NCBI GenBank assembly: GCA_009927165.1
Contig: RFNO01000113.1
Location: 25,152-89,151, forward strand
Direction of reading: 5' to 3'
Origin: Pseudomonadota bacterium
GTDB lineage: Bacteria > Bdellovibrionota > FAC87 > UBA2466
Length of the DNA: 64,000 nt
Positions 40,408 to 50,973 of the stretch are shown piece after piece (position 1 is the stretch's first letter; every line of letters begins with the position of its first letter). Below the pieces are notes generated by a model, which did no database searches, was not told the origin of the DNA, and worked only from the letters and a program-made list of their open reading frames with translations. Position numbers and translations under genes: made by a program.

Positions 40408-41906
40408 TATCGAAGAGCCTCCTCACGCCCCACTTGTTTCCAAAATGAATTCTCAGTGGCTTCTTTCCTTCTATCGCCACCTTTGTATTCTCGGCCATAA
40501 GCACAAACGGCAGCTGAGATTAGCGCCATTCTAAGGTCTTCAGGCGTTGGTTTGGCATCAACGTAGTGGAAATCCTCCCCAATCAAACGGGTAGTATAAT
40601 TTCCAATCACAAATTTCGGGTTATTCAAAAGTTGGAGGTGCACCGGAATGTTTGTTTTTACACCATTCATGACGGTATCCATAAGAGCAGCTTTGCCGCG
40701 GTTAATAGCTTCCATTCGGTCGCGTCCCCAAACGGTCAATTTGGCAATCATGGAATCGTAGAACACCGGGATTTCATAGCCGCGGTAAAGATGAGAATCT
40801 ACTCGAACCCCAATTCCCCCTGGAAAACTTACCCCAGTTACTTTTCCAGCTTGAGGTAAAAACTTTTCAGGATCTTCGGCGCAAATTCGAAACTCCATCG
40901 CATGTCCGTTTTGCTTTATATCATCTTGAGCAAACGATAACTTTTCACCAAATGCGACTCTCAACTGTTCTTTCACCAGATCTCTGCCAGTAGTCCACTC
41001 CGTAACTGGATGCTCAACCTGTAAACGAGTATTCATTTCCATGAAATAAAAATTTTGGTTCTCATCAACAAGCATCTCAATGGTTCCGGCATTTACGTAA
41101 CCGATATCCTTAACGGCTCGTACTGCAGCCTCACATAATTTTTTTCTCGTATCTGGGCTAATAAACGGACTTGGACTTTCTTCGATTATTTTCTGATGTC
41201 GTCGTTGTACGGAGCACTCTCTTTCGAAAAGATGAACTGCGTTCCCATGGGAATCCGCAATCACTTGCACTTCGATGTGGTGAGGTGATGTTACATATTT
41301 TTCAAGGTATACACGCCCATCACCAAAAGCTTTTTGAGCCTCAGAAAAAGCCCGACGAAAAAGATTGATAAACTCACTTTCCGAGTTCACCACTCGCATT
41401 CCGCGACCACCACCACCCGCCAAAGCTTTAATCATGACGGGAAATCCGATTTCCTTGGCAGCTTTAAATGCCTCATTTTCGTCAGACAAACCCTCTTTAG
41501 TTCCTGGGACTAAAGGCAAATGCCCCAGTTTCGCCATGGTTTGTCTCGCCATGACTTTATCACCCATGGTAGCAATGGCTTCCGCGGAGGGACCCACAAA
41601 GACCAAACCCGCTTTGGCGACCGCCTTAGCAAACTCAGCTTTTTCGGAGAGAAAACCGTATCCCGGATGAATAGCATCAGCTTTTAGTGCTTTTGCAGCT
41701 TTAAGAACAGAGTCGATATCTAAGTAACTGTGAATAGAGGGACCTTCGCCCACACAATAAGCCCCATCGGATTTGGCCACGTGCAATGAGTAACGATCCG
41801 CTTTGGAATAAACAGCTAGCGGTGTGTGTCCCATTTCACGGCAAGCTCTCATCACTCTCAGAGCGATTTCACCGCGGTTAGCTACAAGAATTCTTCGTGG
41901 TTTCAC
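40407..41906 (-). CDS. accC: Biotin carboxylase subunit of acetyl/propionyl-CoA carboxylase
   Basis: ATP-grasp fold with GGGGRGMR and a biotin carboxylase C-terminal domain; 499 aa. Confidence 0.9.
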   Translation of the reverse strand: MKPRRILVANRGEIALRVMRACREMGHTPLAVYSKADRYSLHVAKSDGAYCVGEGPSIHSYLDIDSVLKAAKALKADAIHPGYGFLSEKAEFAKAVAKAGLVFVGPSAEAIATMGDKVMARQTMAKLGHLPLVPGTKEGLSDENEAFKAAKEIGFPVMIKALAGGGGRGMRVVNSESEFINLFRRAFSEAQKAFGDGRVYLEKYVTSPHHIEVQVIADSHGNAVHLFERECSVQRRHQKIIEESPSPFISPDTRKKLCEAAVRAVKDIGYVNAGTIEMLVDENQNFYFMEMNTRLQVEHPVTEWTTGRDLVKEQLRVAFGEKLSFAQDDIKQNGHAMEFRICAEDPEKFLPQAGKVTGVSFPGGIGVRVDSHLYRGYEIPVFYDSMIAKLTVWGRDRMEAINRGKAALMDTVMNGVKTNIPVHLQLLNNPKFVIGNYTTRLIGEDFHYVDAKPTPEDLRMALISAAVCAYGREYKGGDRRKEATENSFWKQVGREEALR

Positions 41907-43453
41907 AGGGGAATATTTCCGTGTTTTTTGGGAGGCATTCTATCCCGTTTGTTTTTAAGCATCTCTAAAGCTTGCGACAACTTTAAACGAGTTTGCTCAG
42001 GGAAAATGATTTCATCCACAAACCCTAACTCTGCAGCTTTATAAGGAGTTGCAAAAGTATCGGTGTATTCCTGAATCAGACGATTTTTTTCAGAAACTGC
42101 ATCCGCCGATTTTTGAAGTTCGTTTCTGAAAACGATAGCTACAGCTCCTTCAGGACCCATGACAGCAATTTCTCCCGTGGGATAAGTGAAATTAATATCG
42201 GCACGTAGCTGTTTCGAAGCCATCACACAATAAGCTCCGCCATAAGCTTTTCTCGCAATCACTGTGATTTTGGGAACAGTGGCTTCAGAGTATGCATAGA
42301 GCAATTTAGCTCCGTGGCGAATAATCCCGCCGTACTCTTGCTCTGTTCCAGGCAAGAAACCAGGAACATCTACAAAGGTAATAATAGGAATGTTGAACGC
42401 ATCACAGAATCTGACAAAGCGAGCAGCTTTGTCAGAAGCATTTACGTCTAAACATCCAGCTAAAACGGCTGGCTGATTGGCTACAATCCCAACGCTCTTA
42501 CCCCCGAGACTTCCAAAACCTATTAGAAGGTTGGGCGCAAAATCCTTTTGAATTTCCAAGAAATAATTATCATCCAGAACCGCTTCAAGAACCTCTTTCA
42601 TGTCATAAGCTTGTTTTGAGTTTTCTGGTATAAGAGTTCTCAATCTGGGTTCGGTTCTTTGAACGGGATCTGAAGTTTTGATTTTCGGGACTTCATCCAC
42701 GTTATTAGATGGCAAATAAGTGAGGAGTTCTCGCACCAGTAAGAGACAGCTTTTCTCGTCATCGCTGGCCATGTGACAAACGCCGCTTTTAGTGGAGTGC
42801 GTGACTGCCCCTCCTAGCTCTTCCATGGTTACATCTTCGTGAGTCACAGTTTTGATAACATCAGGCCCTGTTAAGAACATGTAACTGGATTTCTTCACCA
42901 TGAAGATAAAATCGGTGAGACCGGGACTGTAAACGGCACCTCCCGCACAAGGCCCCATAATTACTGAAATCTGAGGCACTACCCCAGAAGCTTGCGTGTT
43001 TCGATAAAAAATTTCAGCGTATCCAGCCAGCGACTCAACGCCTTCTTGAATACGAGCACCACCAGAATCGCAAAGCCCTATGACTGGCCGACCATTCTTC
43101 AGCGCGAGGTCTAAAACTTTACAAATCTTTTTAGCGTGAGTCGCCGAGAGAGACCCGCCAAAAACCGTGAAGTCTTGGGCAAAAACATAGACATGACGGC
43201 CGGAGACCGTCCCATAACCAGTAACTACCCCGTCTCCCAAGATCTGTTTTTCACCCATCCCAAAATCGGTACACCGGTGGGTAACGAACTTATCTAATTC
43301 GACAAAACTTCCTTCATCCAAAAAGAACTGAAGCCGCTCGCGGGCGGTCATTTTCCCTTTTTCATGTTGTTGTTGGACTCGCTCAAGGCCTCCGCCTAAT
43401 TCGGCCTCAGCGTTTTGTTTTTGTAACTTTTGAAACTTTTGCTCCAGGTTCAT
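41903..43453 (-). CDS. pccB: Acyl-CoA carboxylase carboxyltransferase subunit (propionyl-CoA carboxylase beta / methylmalonyl-CoA carboxyltransferase 12S type)
   Basis: 516 aa with two crotonase-like carboxyltransferase halves (N and C). Overlaps accC by 4 nt. Confidence 0.85.
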   Translation of the reverse strand: MNLEQKFQKLQKQNAEAELGGGLERVQQQHEKGKMTARERLQFFLDEGSFVELDKFVTHRCTDFGMGEKQILGDGVVTGYGTVSGRHVYVFAQDFTVFGGSLSATHAKKICKVLDLALKNGRPVIGLCDSGGARIQEGVESLAGYAEIFYRNTQASGVVPQISVIMGPCAGGAVYSPGLTDFIFMVKKSSYMFLTGPDVIKTVTHEDVTMEELGGAVTHSTKSGVCHMASDDEKSCLLLVRELLTYLPSNNVDEVPKIKTSDPVQRTEPRLRTLIPENSKQAYDMKEVLEAVLDDNYFLEIQKDFAPNLLIGFGSLGGKSVGIVANQPAVLAGCLDVNASDKAARFVRFCDAFNIPIITFVDVPGFLPGTEQEYGGIIRHGAKLLYAYSEATVPKITVIARKAYGGAYCVMASKQLRADINFTYPTGEIAVMGPEGAVAIVFRNELQKSADAVSEKNRLIQEYTDTFATPYKAAELGFVDEIIFPEQTRLKLSQALEMLKNKRDRMPPKKHGNIPL

Positions 43454-43521
43454 AGGGGCAAAATCCTACACTGAGGCGGGGGGCTGTCAAGCAAAGGAAA
43501 CAGTGAATAGCATTCACTTTT

Positions 43522-45213
43522 TTAAAGTTTATCTTTAAATGAGAACGTGCGCTGGTGCTCTTTGTCCAGTTTCTGAGCCCACTTGAGATAGAGTTCTTGG
43601 GCTCCCTGCTCGAAATTAGTGCTGAATAACTTCATCAAAACCGCAGGAGGGAGTTCTTTTTGTAAGAAAAGCGAGTAAATACCTTCCCCGAGGAGTTTTC
43701 CTAAGAGTTTTGCCACTTTGTGGATCAAGATTACGTCAACAAGAGAGGGGTTTGCCCACTTTAAAAAGTAGGGCAAAGGCGGGGTACCTCGCTTTCGAAA
43801 GTAATTCCTCTCGGCTAAAACATGCGTGTGGGCTAATTGAAGGGCTTTTGAGGTTGCAGATAAGTGCTTTTCGGGAGCATGGAAAGCAGCTTCAAAGTCT
43901 AAAGAGCCGTGGCACTTTCTTTTTGGATTGATAATTTTGGAACCGAAAAATCCGAGTGCTTCTACCCAAACAAAAGCATAAAAGTCCCTGCTGGGAACTT
44001 CAAAAACTCCCCGAAAACCACTTAACTTAGAGTGTATAAACTGGGCTGACAAACTAGCTACATGGTTTATTTTTAAATTTCCCAGATAGAATTTCTGCCC
44101 CCGGTAAAAGAACTGGCTTTGAAACTCTTTAAGACCTCTTGACAGAATTCTGATTTCTTGCGGCTGATAATCTCCAGTTTTCACCATTTTCTGTAAAAAG
44201 CCGAAATCATGCGGACCGAAAACCTCAAGGTTTCTATAATCCTCTTCAAAACTCTCTTTTAGCCCCAAAAACTTTTTCATGGCCTCAATCACGTCCATAA
44301 TTTCTTGAGTATGGTCTAGAGGCTCCCCGAGCTCTGCTAATTGCTCTCGCCAGAGCATTTTTCTTTCTACCCCCTCACTGCTGGAAAGCACCTCTACCCA
44401 CTTCAAGTGACTTTGAAGTTTGAGCCATGGGGGAGTATTGAGCACACAAAAAACCCCTTTTTTCAATTTCACCACTTCAGCTTGATGCTCCATTTTTTTC
44501 TTCACCATTTTCCAGTAAAGCCACTCGTGATTTTGGTGAATAACCAGGAGCTTTTTGGAAAGTTCCCGCGTCTCCATTTCCAACTTCAGAGCATGCGGGA
44601 GGTGATGCTTGGCCAGATGAAGGTCACCCATTAAGCAAAACACAACACCACTGGGCTCCTTTTGAGCCCAGTGAGCAATTACTTTAGCCGCAAATACATC
44701 CCGGTCTGCAAGACTTGACGGCTGCGAGGGGCTTAATCCCACTACGGGAATCCGAAATTCTTTCGCTAGTCTGAGAAGAGGCGCATAGTTCCCCCAACTG
44801 AACCCCCAATCACCAAAGGAAACGGCTCTCAAAAACTCCTCTTCCGTTATTTCTGAACGCAAGTATTGTTGAATCCGAAGGTTGTGTTTCGCTTTAAAAA
44901 TTTCCATCGCTAAGTAGATGGGTTTTTTCTCTTTTTTGAGTTTTGGGATGATTTCTCGTAGAATTCGAATAAGGGTTCTTTGTGCTTGTGACAGGCTGTG
45001 GTAATCTCCGCACAAAATTATTTGGGACTTTTCAACCTCAGATAACAGCTCGGATTTATGGATGATTTTCTCATATTTTCTGAAGTCCCGTTGATAATCC
45101 AAGTAGTATTTTCTTAGCTGCGGTGGAAGGTTGCCGAAGTAGGCTTGAGTTGAACGATTGAACCGTTTAGTCAAGTACTTCTGGCAATTCAGTAAGCGCG
45201 AACGAGGGACCAT
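43522..45213 (-). CDS. Hypothetical protein with an N-terminal ChaN/Tiki-like domain and a ~300-aa uncharacterised C-terminal region
   Basis: An ILCGDYHSL...LMGDLHLAKHH pattern resembles the GEXH / His-cluster of ChaN-TraB-PrgY-Tiki proteins. Weak call. Confidence 0.3.
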   Translation of the reverse strand: MVPRSRLLNCQKYLTKRFNRSTQAYFGNLPPQLRKYYLDYQRDFRKYEKIIHKSELLSEVEKSQIILCGDYHSLSQAQRTLIRILREIIPKLKKEKKPIYLAMEIFKAKHNLRIQQYLRSEITEEEFLRAVSFGDWGFSWGNYAPLLRLAKEFRIPVVGLSPSQPSSLADRDVFAAKVIAHWAQKEPSGVVFCLMGDLHLAKHHLPHALKLEMETRELSKKLLVIHQNHEWLYWKMVKKKMEHQAEVVKLKKGVFCVLNTPPWLKLQSHLKWVEVLSSSEGVERKMLWREQLAELGEPLDHTQEIMDVIEAMKKFLGLKESFEEDYRNLEVFGPHDFGFLQKMVKTGDYQPQEIRILSRGLKEFQSQFFYRGQKFYLGNLKINHVASLSAQFIHSKLSGFRGVFEVPSRDFYAFVWVEALGFFGSKIINPKRKCHGSLDFEAAFHAPEKHLSATSKALQLAHTHVLAERNYFRKRGTPPLPYFLKWANPSLVDVILIHKVAKLLGKLLGEGIYSLFLQKELPPAVLMKLFSTNFEQGAQELYLKWAQKLDKEHQRTFSFKDKL

Positions 45214-45221
45214 AAAATCCT

Positions 45222-46610
45222 ATGAATGCTAGAACAAGTTTCTTTAATAAGACTCCCTGGATCTTTATCGGCATTTTTCTTGTTTTTTCTTCACCACACC
45301 GCCTTATCGCTACCCCCGACCCAGCAGCAGCAGCTCAAGTGCCCCCTCTGACTTTTGAGACACTGTTAAAAAACACACTTTCAAATAACGGGATGATTCA
45401 GGAAAGTGCTCAGGATATCGAAGTGGCCAGGGCTCAACTGGATAGGGCTCGAGCAGCTTTTTGGCCCAAGGCTTCCGTTGGAATTTTGGGTGCTCCGATT
45501 TTTGAAGAAACGGGAGATGCCCTTCACTCTCAGTCCAATCTCAACAAATGGGGCCCATTTTTTAGAGGTTCAGTAGAGTTTGCACAGCCCCTTTACACTT
45601 TTGGCATGCTGGGAAACTATGAGAAGGCAGCCACCAGCCAAATCAGTGCTAAAACCGAACTGACTCAAGCAAAAGCCAACGAAGTACTCCTTCAAGCCAA
45701 AGAATTTTATTACGGTTATCTGATGGCATGCGAATTCCAAAAACTCTTGGAAGATTTATCGAGCTTTTTAAAAGAAGCTGTAGAGTCTGCGGAAGACTCC
45801 CTCAAAGACCCAGAAAAAAAGGGTACTGTAAAACCTCATGATCTTTATCAACTCAAAACTGCGCTCGATGATTTGGAGCAAAAAGCTCTTTACGCGGATG
45901 CCGCCAAGAAAACCGCCGAAAAGGCTCTTGGTTGGATATCGGGTCTTCAATTCACGCAAGTTACCAATAAGTCATTGGAAGCGGAAAAATATCAAAAGAA
46001 AACTTTGGAAGAGTATGTGCAGCTTGCCAAAGGAACACGGCCGGAACTTAAAGCTCTGCCTGCAGGGATCCAAGCTTATGAAGCACTTGCAGATGCAAAA
46101 CAGGCTCAAGACTACCCGATTGTTTTTGTCGGTGGGTTTGGAGAATTAAACTGGTCGCCTGTACGAACTCGTCAAAACTCTCAGTTTGCTTTTGATCCTT
46201 TCAATCGCCCACAGGGAGGATTCGGGGTTGGGCTCAAATTTGATTTGGAATTCAAACGCCATACGGCGGAAGCTCAGGAACAAAGAGCCCAAGCAATGAA
46301 ACTAAAAGCCACTCAAACCTATGCCGCTCCTGGTATTGAGCTGCAGGTTAAAAAATCTTTCTTTGAATTAGAACAGGCGGAGAAAGGATTAGAAGTCGCG
46401 AGTCGCCGAAAGGAAACAGCAAAAAAATGGTTCATCTCAAGCTCTATGGGATGGTCCATTGGAGTGACTCCAGCAAAAGACCTTTTGGAAGCTTTAGAAG
46501 GCCATGGAATGGCCAGAAAAAACTATATCGAGACTCTTTACTCGTTCAATTTAGCTCTCGCCAAACTGACCCAAGCAGTAGGAAAAGAAGTGACGGAACT
46601 TAGCTACTAG
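45222..46610 (+). CDS. TolC-family outer-membrane efflux channel
   Basis: Signal peptide, then two repeated coiled-coil/beta halves (LTFETLLKNTLSNN...DIEVARAQLDRARAAFWP); 462 aa. Confidence 0.75.
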   Translation: MNARTSFFNKTPWIFIGIFLVFSSPHRLIATPDPAAAAQVPPLTFETLLKNTLSNNGMIQESAQDIEVARAQLDRARAAFWPKASVGILGAPIFEETGDALHSQSNLNKWGPFFRGSVEFAQPLYTFGMLGNYEKAATSQISAKTELTQAKANEVLLQAKEFYYGYLMACEFQKLLEDLSSFLKEAVESAEDSLKDPEKKGTVKPHDLYQLKTALDDLEQKALYADAAKKTAEKALGWISGLQFTQVTNKSLEAEKYQKKTLEEYVQLAKGTRPELKALPAGIQAYEALADAKQAQDYPIVFVGGFGELNWSPVRTRQNSQFAFDPFNRPQGGFGVGLKFDLEFKRHTAEAQEQRAQAMKLKATQTYAAPGIELQVKKSFFELEQAEKGLEVASRRKETAKKWFISSSMGWSIGVTPAKDLLEALEGHGMARKNYIETLYSFNLALAKLTQAVGKEVTELSY

Positions 46611-47325
46611 ATTTTCTTTTCTTTGTTACGGTGATCAGGAATCCCGCTATCAAAACGACACCTATAAGCACAAAAATAGGCATTTTGGAAGGAGGCTCCG
46701 GTACAGGAGCTGGCGAATCAACTGTTTTCTTTTTTAATCGCTTCTCGATTTGACTCTTCAAGGCCCCACCCAACTCGTTGCCAGGAGTGGCCAAATCAGA
46801 ATTCGGAGCATTAAACTTAAAATCAGCAACTGGTTTCAAAGATGCAACCATTCGCTCAAAAGCAGGAGTCAAGTCAGTGTATCGCTCATTCGATACAACA
46901 TAAGTTACTAAAATAGCGAGAGGCTTCTGAACCGTGGCGACATACCGAGTCCAAAAACCCTGCAACTCAGAGTTTTGTTGAAGAGAATCAACCCAATTAA
47001 AACCATTGATGTTTCTTTTCCTGACAAAAGTAACCTTTGAATTGATGGGATTTCCTGAGTCATCGTTAATAGTTTTAGGTTGCCCTAGATAGGATTCATA
47101 GTTTTCGAGCGAATCCCATTCAGTGCTTGGCGCACCAAACACTAAAATCAGAGCTTCACTACGATCAGGTTCCGTAGGGCTTTGGCACAGATAAACGCCC
47201 TGAGACAGATCGCAATTCCATCCCGGGGGTTCTTCAAAACTGAGATAGGTCGTTTGTTTGCCGAGCCCAACAAAAGAGAAAGTTAACAAAGCAAAAAACA
47301 AAATTCTATTCATTACACCCCTCAT
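46600..47325 (-). CDS. Hypothetical exported protein with a C-terminal TM anchor
   Basis: N-terminal signal peptide, a ~170-aa domain, a Pro-rich linker, then a TM helix followed by a KKRKSSS tail. Confidence 0.35.
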   Translation of the reverse strand: MRGVMNRILFFALLTFSFVGLGKQTTYLSFEEPPGWNCDLSQGVYLCQSPTEPDRSEALILVFGAPSTEWDSLENYESYLGQPKTINDDSGNPINSKVTFVRKRNINGFNWVDSLQQNSELQGFWTRYVATVQKPLAILVTYVVSNERYTDLTPAFERMVASLKPVADFKFNAPNSDLATPGNELGGALKSQIEKRLKKKTVDSPAPVPEPPSKMPIFVLIGVVLIAGFLITVTKKRKSSS

Positions 47326-47345
47326 CCTAGATTTATTTTACCATT

Positions 47346-48365
47346 TTATGTTTTGAGAATCTCATCAAAGTGATTTCGTAAAGATACAATGTCACTAAAC
47401 AGTATCTCTTTTGAAGATTTGAGACTGGGAATGGAAGTTCCCGGAACATGTCGAATTAAAATTTTTTGGACTGCTTTGTCGACTTGAGGTGACTCACAAA
47501 CACGACGATAGATCTGCAGATCCTCTTCTCCGCTGTCCCCAATCAAGTAAACCTTTTGTTTTTCGACTTGACTCAACACTTTACTCAAAACTCTAAATTT
47601 ATGAGTAAACCGGCGATAGCCCAGCCACCTTGGAAATAGCGGACCTTCCGGAAATCGATTGTCGCGCAGAAACTTCAAGAGAAAGGGCGTTAACTGAAAT
47701 GGGGTACTGGTGAGATATATGATTAAAGTTTCTGATAGATTTAGATTTTGATAAAGCTCTGGCATTCCCGCAATTGCCTCATATCGATAGTAGTTTCCCC
47801 TAAAAAGACTCCGAAGAATATTTTTAAATCCTGTTGACTGCCGGATGTTAGATTCTTTGATAGTGTCATCGATATCAGAAATAATAATATTTTTTATTTT
47901 GTCGTTGAGAAAAAAAACAGGAGCGCTGAGCACTTCGTACTCACCTAGCTGAATTGCGCCGAGAAATGTTTCCACTCCTTGCGGTGAAAGTCTCAACCAT
48001 GCTGCTCGAGGTGCTTTTGAAGTTACTGACCAAGGAAGCTGTAATTGAATAAAGCCCCTAGTTCGAGTACTTCCTTCTACAGTTCGCACCGAATTGGGCT
48101 CGACTGAGAGTTGAAATCTTACTCGTTCGAATAACTCAAGATCGGGTAGTCCTTTCAAAATTCGGTAAAGAAGTCTTCGTGGTTTGAATCCCAGAACCTC
48201 TTCTTGGCTTCCATTATAAACAGCAGCTTGAACCAAAGTGAAGTTACGCGTCGCGAGAGACGGAAGACCTACAATCGATTTTTGAGGACGGTAAATATCC
48301 AAAATCTGCAAGACCTTAAAAAGCAACACTTCAAAGGTTTTGATTAAGCGAACAAACTTTTCCAA
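47346..48365 (-). CDS. App1-family (DUF2183) phosphatidate phosphatase-like protein
   Basis: DIDDTIKESN (DxDxT HAD-like motif) and LIGDSGEEDLQIY match the APP1 catalytic-domain pattern. Confidence 0.55.
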   Translation of the reverse strand: MEKFVRLIKTFEVLLFKVLQILDIYRPQKSIVGLPSLATRNFTLVQAAVYNGSQEEVLGFKPRRLLYRILKGLPDLELFERVRFQLSVEPNSVRTVEGSTRTRGFIQLQLPWSVTSKAPRAAWLRLSPQGVETFLGAIQLGEYEVLSAPVFFLNDKIKNIIISDIDDTIKESNIRQSTGFKNILRSLFRGNYYRYEAIAGMPELYQNLNLSETLIIYLTSTPFQLTPFLLKFLRDNRFPEGPLFPRWLGYRRFTHKFRVLSKVLSQVEKQKVYLIGDSGEEDLQIYRRVCESPQVDKAVQKILIRHVPGTSIPSLKSSKEILFSDIVSLRNHFDEILKT

Positions 48366-48512
48366 CCACGGGGTTGAGGAATCTCACTCAGACGTATTCT
48401 GCGAAAATGGAACGGCTTGTTATCTTGTGACCGACTCATAGTGTGAAATCCTACATTTTTCTATCACATTTGCCGAACAGTCTTTAGGGGACATAGGCCC
48501 CAACTTATTTAT

Positions 48513-49619
48513 ATGAATACCCTCTTTGCCCATTTCTACTCGCATTTTAAGCTCATTCTGTGGGGTATTTTGGTTTCAATGCTCTTTATCGAACAAGCGA
48601 TGGCTTTAGATGAGATTTTTGATACGTATAATTCTCCCCAATGTCTTGCTCAAGGCAATGCTTGTACTGCCTCAACTTCGGGTTTCGCCTCTCACTTTTA
48701 CAATCCAGCCGCGCTTACCAAGTTTACAAAGAAGCACTGGGAAGCCAACTTGGTCGTTCTCGATGGCCAATTAAGTGCAGGCGCAACAGCCAATATGTTC
48801 AGTAGCCAGAGTTTAGGGACATACCGATTTTTAAATTTGGCAGGGCAAAACCCCGGGATTTACAATTATTTTAATTTTTCTACCCTTCCCTCAATTACTT
48901 TTCGAAATTTCAGCTTTGCCATTTTAGGTAGCTATCAGTTCGCTGCCCTTTCCGATGGAACTCTGATCGACTTAGATACTCGACAAGACATTGTGCCCAC
49001 TGTCGGATTCTCGCGCAGTTTTGCTGGTAATCTTCTGAAGCTAGGCGTTTCGGGAAAAGCAATCCTCAGAAATCAAATGAAAGGTGCCTTTAGCCAAGCC
49101 GTTCTGGATTCAACCGATGACAAAAACTTTCCGCTTTTGTTTAAAGAAGGGGTTGGTCTAGGGGTCAACTCGGGCCTTCTCCTGACTTTGCCTCACCGTT
49201 TCTTACCCACTTTGGGAATATCCTGGCTAGATATGTTTGGAACTCGTTTTAGTCCTAGCCACTATTTAAACCCACAATCTAGCGGAACCCCTGAGTCTAT
49301 TCCTCAAAGTTTTCATGCCGGATTTTCATTAAGCCCTGCTATTTCCCGAACTTGGAAAAGTACACTCTCCGTAGATTATCGGCACATTGAACTCTCAGCA
49401 CTTTCATGGCGAAAACATCTTCATGTTGGATTGGAATTACAAAGTGAAAAGAGTTTGCTGTTCTGGCTGGGTCTTAATCAGCTCTACTTGACTGCGGGAA
49501 TGGGTCTGCGCGTTCAGGGGGGTAATTTGGAAATGGGAACTTACGCCAAAGAAATCGGGACGGGAGATAAAACCGAATATGACCGTCGCTTCTTCTTTAG
49601 GTATACCATCAGTTTCTAA
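48513..49619 (+). CDS. FadL/OmpP1/TodX-family outer-membrane beta-barrel (hydrophobic-compound channel), paralog 1
   Basis: Signal peptide. N-terminal GNACTASTSGFASHFYNPAAL block similar to the FadL-family GxGxA...ADDA...NPAL motif. Terminal aromatic residue (...RYTISF). Confidence 0.5.
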   Translation: MNTLFAHFYSHFKLILWGILVSMLFIEQAMALDEIFDTYNSPQCLAQGNACTASTSGFASHFYNPAALTKFTKKHWEANLVVLDGQLSAGATANMFSSQSLGTYRFLNLAGQNPGIYNYFNFSTLPSITFRNFSFAILGSYQFAALSDGTLIDLDTRQDIVPTVGFSRSFAGNLLKLGVSGKAILRNQMKGAFSQAVLDSTDDKNFPLLFKEGVGLGVNSGLLLTLPHRFLPTLGISWLDMFGTRFSPSHYLNPQSSGTPESIPQSFHAGFSLSPAISRTWKSTLSVDYRHIELSALSWRKHLHVGLELQSEKSLLFWLGLNQLYLTAGMGLRVQGGNLEMGTYAKEIGTGDKTEYDRRFFFRYTISF

Positions 49620-49620
49620 T

Positions 49621-50709
49621 ATGAAATTTCTTATAACTTTTCTTTTGCTGGGTTGGATAGGGACGACTGAAGCATCTTTATTAAGACAAGGTTATGAATT
49701 TCCTCGTGCCACAGGAATGGGAAATGCCTTCATTGCTTTGGCTGACGATGCCAATGCTATTTTTTACAATCCTGCAGCTCTTGCGAAAGTTAAAGGTGTC
49801 CATCTCCACTTGGTAGACGCCAATCTATCAGTTGATGGAATGGGAACTCTCGACCGAATTAAAAGGGCTATTTTCGATAGCGAATATGACAACCTCATTG
49901 ATCCTAACAAACAGGTTTTGGGGTTTAATCTCAAGCCCACTTTTATAACTCCCTACTTTGGACTTGCTCTCTATAATCAAGCCTTTGGTTACTTTGATAT
50001 CCAATCTCTCCAAGGCACGAATGTGGATATATTTTCGTACAACGACTTGGGTGTGGCAGTAGCATTCGGGATTCCCCTCAGTGAGTATTTTTCTTTCGGC
50101 ATTGGATTGCGAGCTGTTCAACGAACTGGAGTTGATTTATTAACCACTCCAGAGGACCTCATCACCGATATAGGACTCTCGGCAGGAAATATCACGAGCA
50201 ACATTTACGGAGCTTTAAAAAAATACATTGGCGTTGGATACGGTTTCCCCCTCTCTTTAGGAGGCATGATCACACTTCCACGAATTACCCAATCAGCCCC
50301 TCTTATTCGATTCGCTGTTCAAGTCGAGGATATCGGTACTACCACTTATACAAAAATAAGTGGAGCTAGTGCGCCCACCCCCACTCGAATGTCGTATAAC
50401 TTTGGTTCTCTTCTTCAATACTCGCTCTCTAAGAACACCACATTAAATGTCACAATGGATCTCAAGCATCAGTTTGAGTCGCTGCCTTTCGTGAAAACCT
50501 TTCATTTGGGAACTGAATTGAGAAATAAATACTTTGGAATCAGAGGCGGGGTATATCACGGTTATCCTACGTTTGGTTTTAGCATCGAGTTTCCACCTCA
50601 CACTCGCCTTCACTTTTCTTCGTATTCGATGGAGTTGGGTGATAAACTTTGGGAAAAAGAGCAACGCTGGTATCAAGTTCAGTTCGTGATCGGGTTCAAT
50701 CCTCTTTAA
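49621..50709 (+). CDS. FadL/OmpP1/TodX-family outer-membrane beta-barrel, paralog 2 (start taken at MKFL, 49621)
   Basis: GMGNAFIALADDANAIFYNPAALA closely matches the FadL-family N-terminal hatch motif. It is a paralog of the upstream gene and begins 1 nt after that gene's stop. Confidence 0.55.
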   Translation: MKFLITFLLLGWIGTTEASLLRQGYEFPRATGMGNAFIALADDANAIFYNPAALAKVKGVHLHLVDANLSVDGMGTLDRIKRAIFDSEYDNLIDPNKQVLGFNLKPTFITPYFGLALYNQAFGYFDIQSLQGTNVDIFSYNDLGVAVAFGIPLSEYFSFGIGLRAVQRTGVDLLTTPEDLITDIGLSAGNITSNIYGALKKYIGVGYGFPLSLGGMITLPRITQSAPLIRFAVQVEDIGTTTYTKISGASAPTPTRMSYNFGSLLQYSLSKNTTLNVTMDLKHQFESLPFVKTFHLGTELRNKYFGIRGGVYHGYPTFGFSIEFPPHTRLHFSSYSMELGDKLWEKEQRWYQVQFVIGFNPL

Positions 50710-50721
50710 GGAGCAGTTTTC

Positions 50722-50970
50722 ATGGAGACTCATCCAAAATCCCGCGATACAAAAAAAATAAAAATGATTGATAGTCTTTGGCTTTTCATTACGGCAACTG
50801 CATTTCTAGGGCCTTTCGCTCTGCCTTTGCTTTGGCGAAATCCTCGCTATTCAAAAAAAACCAAAGTAAGTGCAAGTGTGTTCATTATTTTACTCACTCT
50901 GGGTTTGCTATATCTTATGTTCGTGGTTCTTGCAGATTTTGTGAAAGCGATCCAGGAAAACAGTCCTTAA
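50722..50970 (+). CDS. Small two-TM membrane protein (82 aa), probably co-transcribed with the FadL-like pair
   Basis: Two hydrophobic helices; starts 12 nt after the OMP2 stop. Confidence 0.3.
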   Translation: METHPKSRDTKKIKMIDSLWLFITATAFLGPFALPLLWRNPRYSKKTKVSASVFIILLTLGLLYLMFVVLADFVKAIQENSP

Positions 50971-50973
50971 TAC

